NCBI GenBank assembly: GCA_030592845.1 | Contig: JAUVII010000001.1 | Location: 2,392-66,391 of the forward strand | Source: Candidatus Krumholzibacteriia bacterium | GTDB taxonomy: Bacteria; Krumholzibacteriota; Krumholzibacteriia; LZORAL124-64-63 | DNA: 64,000 nt | Reading direction: 5' to 3' | Shown here: piece by piece, positions 48,771 to 56,151 of the stretch | How positions within the stretch are numbered: the stretch's first letter is position 1 | How the letters are laid out: each line of letters begins with the position of its first letter | Notes under the pieces: model-generated | Told to the model about the DNA's origin: nothing | Databases searched by the model: none | What the model saw: the letters and a program-made list of their open reading frames with translations, nothing else | Position numbers and translations under genes: made by a program

Positions 48771-48839
48771 ATGGGTCCGGAAACATATATTCTGGTAAGC
48801 TTGTCGTTAATCGATCTCTTTTGGTGGTTGAGAAAATGA
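48771..48839 (+). CDS. candidate 22-aa hydrophobic small protein (MGPETYILVSLSLIDLFWWLRK)
   Basis: GGAAAGGGGGGG RBS-like purine tract 6 nt upstream of ATG. TGA stop 15 nt before a strong terminator. Codon usage is A/T-rich, unlike neighbouring genes. Confidence 0.3.
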   Translation: MGPETYILVSLSLIDLFWWLRK

Positions 48840-48853
48840 CTCACGCACTCTAG

Positions 48854-48895
48854 CCCCTGGCTGCCGGTTCTCGCCACAGCCAGGGGTATTTTTTT
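48854..48895 (+). terminator. rho-independent terminator (plus strand)
   Basis: CCCCTGGCTG-ccggttctcgcca-CAGCCAGGGG followed by TATTTTTTT. Confidence 0.8.
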
Positions 48896-48942
48896 GCCTA
48901 AAAACATCCATTGGGAAAATATAAGGAACTGGAAATTTCCCG

Positions 48943-49329
48943 TCAGGCAGCCGGCCAGACCTGCCGAGCGGTCATGAAGCCCAACCAAACCGCCCCCAAA
49001 CCAAGAATGAGATTAGCCGCAATATTGAGAAGGGCCAGATGCGAGGCCCCGGCCTGCAGGTAGCGCAGGGTCTCGTAGCCGAAGGTGGAAAAGGTCGTGA
49101 AGGCCCCCAGGAATCCCACCGCCAGCAACATACGCAGCGGGTGGGTCACCAGGGCGGTACCGCGATCCAATTCGAGCAAAAAACCCAGGGCCAGACACCC
49201 CAGCACGTTGACCAGAAGGGTCCCGAAGGCGAAGTGACTGCCCAGGGACCTCTCGGCCAAAATACCCACGCCGTATCGGGAAACCGCTCCGGCCGCCCCG
49301 GCGATACCGATCAGGAAAAAGGATTGCAA
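48943..49329 (-). CDS. crcB: fluoride ion channel CrcB/FluC
   Basis: GTLLVNVLGCLALGFL and GFLGAFTTFSTF motifs. TTG start with GGAGGA RBS. Confidence 0.85.
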   Translation of the reverse strand: MQSFFLIGIAGAAGAVSRYGVGILAERSLGSHFAFGTLLVNVLGCLALGFLLELDRGTALVTHPLRMLLAVGFLGAFTTFSTFGYETLRYLQAGASHLALLNIAANLILGLGAVWLGFMTARQVWPAA

Positions 49330-49399
49330 TTCGTGTCCTCCATCATCAACAGGATGGCCGGGCGTGATGCCCGGCCACCGAGGTCATCTGAATCGGATA

Positions 49400-49990
49400 T
49401 CAGGAACCGATAACGGCCTTGACGGCCTTTTCGTAGGTTTCCCTGCCAAAGGCCCCCACCCATTTTTCCTGGATGACGCCATCGCCGTCAATCAGGAAGG
49501 TGGTGGGGATACTCTGGATTCCTCCGAAATCATTGATCAGTTTGGTGTCGTTGTTGAGCAGGACCATTTCAAAGGTCAGCCCATGTTCCTTGGTATAGGC
49601 ACGGACCTTTTCCACACCTTCGCGTCCAATGGCCACACCGACGACCACCAGGTCGTCGCTGTACGTTTCGCTGAGCTCCTGCAGGTGGGGCAGGGCCTTG
49701 CGGCAGGGCGGGCACCAGGTGTCCCAGAAATCGACGATGACAGCCTTGCCACGAAGGCTGGAAAGCTTGAGCTCACCGCCATGGATCTTTTGCAGGGTAA
49801 AATCGGGTGCCTTGCTCCCTTTTTCAGCGGCAACAGGCGCGGCAGCCTGAGCCTCGGTCGCGGCCTTGCCCTCGGCAACCTCGGCCTGTTCGGTTTCGGA
49901 CCCACAACCCGAAAGGGCCAGGGCACCACAGGCAAGAATGGCAACGACGAGCACCAGTATCGGTTTTTTGAGAACTGTCTTTCTGCTCAC
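49400..49990 (-). CDS. TlpA-like thiol-disulfide oxidoreductase lipoprotein (thioredoxin fold)
   Basis: Lipobox ALSGC. WCPPC active site. Confidence 0.85.
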   Translation of the reverse strand: MSRKTVLKKPILVLVVAILACGALALSGCGSETEQAEVAEGKAATEAQAAAPVAAEKGSKAPDFTLQKIHGGELKLSSLRGKAVIVDFWDTWCPPCRKALPHLQELSETYSDDLVVVGVAIGREGVEKVRAYTKEHGLTFEMVLLNNDTKLINDFGGIQSIPTTFLIDGDGVIQEKWVGAFGRETYEKAVKAVIGS

Positions 49991-50257
49991 GGCAGATCCT
50001 CTCGTTTGGATGATTGTATCGGAATCCTGTTGCTGAAGCCGGTCTGGTCACACAGGGGTGGAATTCCAAACCCGGCGCAGAAGCGTTTTGACACAGGTAA
50101 TTTGGGGAATAATTCCCCGATGTGCAACTTTGGGACCTTCGGCGGGAACCAGATCTTGTCTATCCGCGTTATCTTCGTATAGTACCTTTCGTGAGATCAA
50201 CCCCCATCCCTGCGGTCAAATTCACCGCGACCATCCCATTGCGAGGTTCCCCGGAAC

Positions 50258-52108
50258 ATGAAACCAGTATACCGACGTAGTGCCATTATCACCCTGGGCC
50301 TGTTTGTCGCCCTCATTTGTGCCGTACCTCGGCTGGCCTCCGCGGAGGTGGAGATCAAGGTCGTACCCAAAAGCGAGATCGCTGAAATTGGCCAGGACCT
50401 TGTTTTGGATATCGAAGTCATTCCCGCCGCGGGAACGGCCCTTTCGGCCGAGGGACTTGTGATCGAGGTTTCCCAGGCGGGCGGTTCCAGTTTTTTCGGG
50501 ACCCCCTACCCCCTCAAGCCCCTTTCCGCCGTTGATTCATCAACAAACGCCTATCAGGGATCCGCCAGGTTTGAATGGGCGGCTCCGGTGGGGGCCGACA
50601 TCGATCCCCTTACGGCCGAACTGGTGGTCACGGTGACTGCCACTACGGCCTCCGGAAATGCCGTAACGGGGCGTTGGTCCGGTTCCCTGGATGTGGATTT
50701 CGGCAGCGAGTGGTCCGCCGACAAGATCAGTGATTTCATCGCGCGCAAAGGCATCGGGTTTTTCCTGGTGCTGGTTTTCGGGTTCGGCCTGCTGATGAGC
50801 CTCTCACCCTGCATCTACCCCATGATCCCCATCACGCTGGCGGTCATCGGAGCCCAGAGCCAGGAGAAAGGGGCTGCCCACGGCCTGATCATGTCGGTTA
50901 CCTATGTGGTGGGCATGGCTTTTGTCTACGCGATCATGGGCGCCCTGAGCGCCACCGTATTCAGCGGGATTACCGCCTTCATGCAAAGCCCCGTGGTGCT
51001 GGTTCCCATCGCCGTACTCCTGTTTGCCCTTTCCTTCAGCATGTTCGGCGCCTTTGAGCTGCAGGCCCCGGCCTTTCTCCGGGACCGTTTCCAGGGTCCC
51101 GGCGCGGGCGGGCGCGGCGGACTGATCGGTGTTTTCGCCATGGGCATGGTTGCCGGCCTGGTAGCCTCCCCCTGTGTAGGCCCCTTCCTGGCCGCCCTTT
51201 TGGTCTGGGTCGCCACCACCGGTGACTGGGTCCTCGGATTCCTTTCCCTATTCACCTTTGGCATGGGTATGGGAATGCTACTGATCGGCGTGGGCACCTT
51301 CCCCGCCCTGCTGGGAACCATGCCCCAGAGCGGCGGCTGGATGGACACCGTCAAAAAGGGGATGGGACTATTGCTGGTGGCCATGGCCTTCTATTTTGTC
51401 CGCCCCGGCAGCGTCATTCCGGCCCATATCTTCTATCCGCTGGTTGGTGTCACCACCATCCTGACCGCGGTATTCATGGGAGCCTTCGATTCCCTGGCCC
51501 CGGAAGCGGGTTGGTGGCCCCGCACCCTCAAGGGTCTCGGGCTGGTCGTCTTCGTGGCCGGATTGTTTTTTCTGGCGGGCTCATTCCTGCAGCACGGATT
51601 CCTGATGCCCTCCCCCCTGGCGGAAATCTCCGTTCGTCCCGGCATGGAAATGATGCGCTCCACCGAAACCGTCAGCAGCAGCACCACCGCCAATGGCGGC
51701 CCCACGGTAACCGTGGCGGTACCCTTGCCCGACAAGGTTCAGTGGACCAAGATCCACACTGGTGAAAACGTGAAGTCCTTTCTGGAGGAAAAACGCGCCG
51801 AGGCCAAGGCGGCCGGTCGCCCCGTGATGATCGATTTCTGGGCCCAGTGGTGCGTCTATTGTAAAAAGCTCGACAAGTCGGTATGGAACGTCCCGGAGGT
51901 GGTGGCGGAAGCTCAGCGTTTCATCACCATCAAGGTCGACGCCACGGCTCCGGACGATGAGGAAATGACCAGGATCAAAGAGGAGTTCAAGGTGCCCGGC
52001 CTGCCCCGGGTCATCTTCATCGACAGCCGGGGCGAAGTTCTCCACGGCCGGTCGGCGGGTTTCAAACCTGCCGACGAGATGCTGGTTATCATGAAAAGCA
52101 TCCGCTAG
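50258..52108 (+). CDS. dsbD: thiol:disulfide interchange protein DsbD-like (N-terminal periplasmic domain, CcdA-type TM core, C-terminal thioredoxin domain)
   Basis: Signal peptide. TM cysteines LSPCIYPMIP and ASPCVGPFL. C-terminal WAQWCVYCK. Confidence 0.85.
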   Translation: MKPVYRRSAIITLGLFVALICAVPRLASAEVEIKVVPKSEIAEIGQDLVLDIEVIPAAGTALSAEGLVIEVSQAGGSSFFGTPYPLKPLSAVDSSTNAYQGSARFEWAAPVGADIDPLTAELVVTVTATTASGNAVTGRWSGSLDVDFGSEWSADKISDFIARKGIGFFLVLVFGFGLLMSLSPCIYPMIPITLAVIGAQSQEKGAAHGLIMSVTYVVGMAFVYAIMGALSATVFSGITAFMQSPVVLVPIAVLLFALSFSMFGAFELQAPAFLRDRFQGPGAGGRGGLIGVFAMGMVAGLVASPCVGPFLAALLVWVATTGDWVLGFLSLFTFGMGMGMLLIGVGTFPALLGTMPQSGGWMDTVKKGMGLLLVAMAFYFVRPGSVIPAHIFYPLVGVTTILTAVFMGAFDSLAPEAGWWPRTLKGLGLVVFVAGLFFLAGSFLQHGFLMPSPLAEISVRPGMEMMRSTETVSSSTTANGGPTVTVAVPLPDKVQWTKIHTGENVKSFLEEKRAEAKAAGRPVMIDFWAQWCVYCKKLDKSVWNVPEVVAEAQRFITIKVDATAPDDEEMTRIKEEFKVPGLPRVIFIDSRGEVLHGRSAGFKPADEMLVIMKSIR

Positions 52109-52130
52109 GCATCAGGTGGTTTTTCATACG

Positions 52131-52165
52131 GAAAGAGGCCCGGGGTGATTCCCCGGGCCTCTTTC
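52131..52165. terminator. bidirectional terminator between convergent dsbD and the FG-GAP gene
   Basis: GAAAGAGGCCCGGGG-tgatt-CCCCGGGCCTCTTTC, perfect 15-bp stem. Confidence 0.8.
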
Positions 52166-52180
52166 AAATGGTGTCATTTT

Positions 52181-53020
52181 CTACTGGAAACGAACTTCGG
52201 AACGATAGTCGGCATCGAACACCTTCAAGGGCCCGTTGCCCGGATTTTCGGTCAGGATCTCCGGCATCCCGTCGCCGTCGATGTCCAGCAATTCGATCTT
52301 CCCGAAAAACGGCTCGTCTTCCCATTCGACATCTCCGGACACCGAGTCGACCACCTGGCCCGTGTTCAGGACGATCTCCACCCGGCCGTCGCCGTCCACA
52401 TCCCCACACCGAACCTGGGTGGCGGAATATTCCTGGATGCTGGTGAAATTCTTGGTGAAGGTGGCACCGTCGACGTAGACGATTTTATTGTCGGCCACCA
52501 TGACGATTTCATTGGCCTGATCATCATCCATGTTGGCGGTGGTGAAGCAGGAAACCGTATTGTATTCGCTCGGCAGGCTTTCCCACAGCAAGGCATAACC
52601 ATCCATGGCCCAGACATATACCTTCCCGTTGCTGGTCCTGCAGAGTATGGAGTCCTCCAGGCCGTCGCCGTCGAGATCCGCGGTTATGACTTCGTCCGGA
52701 ATACCGCTGAGCTGGATGCTCTTCCAGACCCTGCTGACACCCTGGCCATCCATCTTGGCCACCTGTACGGTACCGAACCTCTCGCCGATGGCGAAAAACA
52801 TCCCGGCTTCACCATGAATGGGTTCGAACTTGGCGACATGGTTTATCCGGTCCGCCGCCCAGGACAGGGTGCGGTACTGCGTGTAGGACAGTTCCCCCTC
52901 GGCACGAACCGCCTGGGGCCCGGACCATAAAAAAGCGACAACTCCGAGTAAGGCCGTCACAAACACCGCACGGGCGGAGGGAACCCGGCAAGCCGGTATC
53001 GCGCCACGAAAGATCAGCAT
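52181..53020 (-). CDS. secreted FG-GAP/VCBS repeat protein
   Basis: Signal peptide. Repeats ADLDGDGLEDSIL, GDVDGDGRVEIVL, LDIDGDGMPEIL. Confidence 0.75.
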   Translation of the reverse strand: MLIFRGAIPACRVPSARAVFVTALLGVVAFLWSGPQAVRAEGELSYTQYRTLSWAADRINHVAKFEPIHGEAGMFFAIGERFGTVQVAKMDGQGVSRVWKSIQLSGIPDEVITADLDGDGLEDSILCRTSNGKVYVWAMDGYALLWESLPSEYNTVSCFTTANMDDDQANEIVMVADNKIVYVDGATFTKNFTSIQEYSATQVRCGDVDGDGRVEIVLNTGQVVDSVSGDVEWEDEPFFGKIELLDIDGDGMPEILTENPGNGPLKVFDADYRSEVRFQ

Positions 53021-53170
53021 GAAACACCTCAGTGTGGAAGGCCGTGCGGGGTCCGGCGGACCCTGGGCGACACGGCGGGTTCATCAGGGGGTGACCCTAT
53101 CAATATAGCCCATACGGAGCGTCAGGTCATGTATTTCGGTATCAACAATCCGCCGTGGGTTCAATTCGGA

Positions 53171-53788
53171 TTACGGCCAGACGATTCCGGCACCCACCAG
53201 CACCGACCAAGTACGGTAGGTGCGGCCTGCATTGATCATCCAGCGGTACTGCCCCTTCAGGAAAAACATATGGGTGGGTTTGAAAAACCATTCCTGACCC
53301 GCCTCGGCCAGAATGGACCAGTGATCCCCACCGGCAATGTCATGGGCATCGGGACGCTTGATTTCGCTGATGCCCGAACCGATCCCGAGGAAGATATTAA
53401 CCTCGGTTTTTCGGTCACCGCGATTATTGAAGTAGCGTCTCAGGATGAGATCGAGCGAAGTGATGTCACCGCCATCGGGGACTTTCAGGAAATCGACCTG
53501 GACGACCATTCCCGTGGTCCAATTCCACAGCCCGTCGAAGATATTGATAGGTGAACCGGGGCGGAAGATAATGGCGCCCCCGTATCCCCAGTCCCCGGAT
53601 TGCTTCAGGAACCCGCCCCCGTATGCCCCATGTCCCGTCAGGAAAACAGGATTCTCAAAGGGCTCATTCAGGTGGGAGTTGGGAAGTTCCAGACGCGAAT
53701 TACCCTCCGTCAACTGGGCCGTTGCAGGGGTGGACAGGACCAAGGCAAAGGCCCAGGCAAGCCCCAACGGGACGAACCAGGAATCCAT
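53171..53788 (-). CDS. outer-membrane beta-barrel protein (OmpW/OmpA-barrel-like)
   Basis: Signal peptide MDSWFVPLGLAWAFALVLSTPATAQ. Alternating amphipathic strands. Aromatic-rich C-terminus. Confidence 0.55.
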   Translation of the reverse strand: MDSWFVPLGLAWAFALVLSTPATAQLTEGNSRLELPNSHLNEPFENPVFLTGHGAYGGGFLKQSGDWGYGGAIIFRPGSPINIFDGLWNWTTGMVVQVDFLKVPDGGDITSLDLILRRYFNNRGDRKTEVNIFLGIGSGISEIKRPDAHDIAGGDHWSILAEAGQEWFFKPTHMFFLKGQYRWMINAGRTYRTWSVLVGAGIVWP

Positions 53789-54055
53789 TCGCCGACCGGA
53801 TATTTTTGAGAATTGCCTGAATAATTTCAGCAAATTTCAACTCCGTTTTCCATGGGTACCCGGTATTCGGGTCCCGATCCCGCCAACCATGCAAGGCGGG
53901 TGCCAGTTGAAATTCTTTATTGACCAGGCAAATTACTGCCATTAAATAATATAGAAACTGCGACAACCGGCCCTGACAGACCGGGATACGAATTTTCCCG
54001 AAACGGCCGATTCCATGGCTGAAAACCGTACACCTGCCACCGGAGCGGACCAGAA

Positions 54056-54706
54056 GTGAAAAACTCCCCACCCATCCCCCCTGCCGATGATCCCCCCGAC
54101 AGCTATCGGACCCTGGCGGAACCCGCGGCCACAGAAATGAAAATCCAACGGTCCCGCTTCCTGGCCCAGGCCGTGCCCATCACTTGCGTGGAGGACGCCC
54201 AATCCTACCTGGAGAAGACGGCCCGGCGTTACCATGACGCCCGGCATGTCTGTTATGGTTACCGGCTGGGGGTGGGACGGAACATGGTCTCCCGCAAAAG
54301 CGATGACGGGGAACCTTCCGGCACCGCGGGCGAACCCATTCTTTCGGCCATTGACCAACTGGATCTGACCGATGTCCTGGTGATGGTGGTCCGGTATTTT
54401 GGAGGGATCAAACTGGGCACCGGAGGTTTGGGCCGGGCCTACGGCCAGGCTGCGGCAAACGCCCTCGGCCGGGCCACGGTTCGCGAAGTCCCCCTGGGCC
54501 GGGAATTTATCATAGACTTTTCCTACGCGCAGGAAAAGACCATGCGCCGTCTTCTGGAAATCTGGAAAGGTAAACCCATCGACCAGGATTATGGTGAAAA
54601 TGTCACCTGGCGTATTTGGCTGGCCCACTCGCGGTGGCGTGGGTATTCCGCGGCCCTGACCGAACACACCGCCGGGACGGTAGTCCTGAAAAAGGCGGAA
54701 AAATAG
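54056..54706 (+). CDS. yigZ: IMPACT/YigZ family protein (UPF0029)
   Basis: SDDGEPSGTAGEPIL and VVRYFGGIKLGTGGL motifs. Confidence 0.8.
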   Translation: MKNSPPIPPADDPPDSYRTLAEPAATEMKIQRSRFLAQAVPITCVEDAQSYLEKTARRYHDARHVCYGYRLGVGRNMVSRKSDDGEPSGTAGEPILSAIDQLDLTDVLVMVVRYFGGIKLGTGGLGRAYGQAAANALGRATVREVPLGREFIIDFSYAQEKTMRRLLEIWKGKPIDQDYGENVTWRIWLAHSRWRGYSAALTEHTAGTVVLKKAEK

Positions 54707-54717
54707 TCTCCATGCCA

Positions 54718-54752
54718 ATAAAAAAAAGGGCCCCGGTGCCACCGGAGCCCTT
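54718..54752 (-). terminator. rho-independent terminator of the sigma-factor gene
   Basis: Minus-strand reading: AAGGGCTCCGGTGGCACCGGGGCCC hairpin followed by TTTTTTTT. Confidence 0.7.
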
Positions 54753-54815
54753 ACTCGTTCGCCCGTTGATTTATTCAGGCCGGTGACGGGTTACCGGCTC
54801 AACTGACATCTCTCG

Positions 54816-55805
54816 CTAGACAGTGGCTTCCTCGGCATAATCCTGCATGTACCGGAAAGCCTTGCTCTGACGGATCTTTTCGAAGGCTTCTTCCTTGATC
54901 TGCCGGATCCGCTCGCGGGTCAGGCCCATGATCTGCCCGATTTCCTCGAGCGTCATTTCCTGATCACTGCCCAGGCCGTAGTACAACTTGAGCACCTTGG
55001 CTTCGCGCTCTTTCAGATCACCCAACATGCGGCCGATGCTCGAGTTAAGGTCATCGTCCAGGACCTTGTTGTCCGGACCGACGCTGGTCGTATCCTCGAG
55101 GAAATCCAGGTAGGTGCTGTCCTCGTCGTTGCCGACGAAGTCATCGAGGAAGAAATTGTCCTGCATCAGGGGCAGGGTATCTTTCACCTCGTCCACGGAC
55201 AGGCCCAAAACCTTGGCGATTTCTTCGGGCTCGGGCTTGCGGCGCAGTTTCTGCTGCAGTTCGCCACTGGCCTTCTTGATCTGGTTCAGTACACGGGCGC
55301 GGTTCAGGGGCATGCGCACGATCTTGCTGTGGTTGGCCAACGCGGCCAGAATGGACTGACGAATCCACCACACGGCGTAGGAGATGAACTTGAAGCCACG
55401 GGTTTCGTCAAACCGCTGAGCGGCCTTCAACAGGCCCAGGTTGCCCTCGTTGATCAAATCTTCCAGGGGCACTCCGTAGTGGGCGTATTCCTTGGCGATG
55501 GAGACCACAAACCGCAAATTGGCCTTGACCAACTTGTGCAGACTTACGCTGTCATTGGAATGGATACCGCGAGCCAGTTCACACTCTTCAGCCCTGGTCA
55601 GAAGCGAGTAGGCCTTCACTTCCTGAAAGTAGAGGTCCAGGGTGCTCATCAACTGGGCTGCGGGAGCCACCTGATCCGTTTTGACTTTCGCCGAGCCGCG
55701 GGCTCCGGCTTTGGCACGGGTCACTTTGGTCTTGGCGGCTTTTCTGGTCCGGGCGACCGGCTTCTTTTTGGTTTTGGTTTTGGTTTTGGATACTACCTTG
55801 GCCAT
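54816..55805 (-). CDS. RNA polymerase sigma-70 family factor (group 1/2-like) with lysine-rich basic N-terminal extension
   Basis: Regions 2-4 recognisable (LRFVVSIAKEY, ISYAVWWIRQSI, LEEIGQIMGLTRERIRQIKEEA). N-terminus KTKTKTKKKPVARTRKAAKTKVTRAKAG. Confidence 0.85.
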   Translation of the reverse strand: MAKVVSKTKTKTKKKPVARTRKAAKTKVTRAKAGARGSAKVKTDQVAPAAQLMSTLDLYFQEVKAYSLLTRAEECELARGIHSNDSVSLHKLVKANLRFVVSIAKEYAHYGVPLEDLINEGNLGLLKAAQRFDETRGFKFISYAVWWIRQSILAALANHSKIVRMPLNRARVLNQIKKASGELQQKLRRKPEPEEIAKVLGLSVDEVKDTLPLMQDNFFLDDFVGNDEDSTYLDFLEDTTSVGPDNKVLDDDLNSSIGRMLGDLKEREAKVLKLYYGLGSDQEMTLEEIGQIMGLTRERIRQIKEEAFEKIRQSKAFRYMQDYAEEATV

Positions 55806-56151
55806 TTCAACATCCTCTCCGGGTAATCCTGCATTTTATTCCGGACGGGTTATCCCCCGGGTCATGCTTTGTTGTCGGTTGGGGGCAAACTCGTAATCCC
55901 CCATTAACAATATCTGTACCATAAATTCGAAAAATCTTAACTTCTCGACAGATCTATAGATGACAGTGCTGCAACATTTTACCTGACCGCCTGATCTGTT
56001 TTTTTGCTAACGGGGTCTCGTTTTCACCTCTTTTGTGACATTTTGTCAAGAGGTTCCCTGCCGGGGACGCCACTTTGTCAAATTCTTTTTGGAAATAATT
56101 GAAATCACTTCGACGGAAATAGTCGTGTGGGCATAAACCCCTTCATGGGAT

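Noticed and set aside
49330-49399. Fluoride riboswitch upstream of crcB
   Set aside because: Only a simple GC hairpin is present. No conserved fluoride-riboswitch elements were recognisable by eye. Needs a covariance-model scan to be certain.
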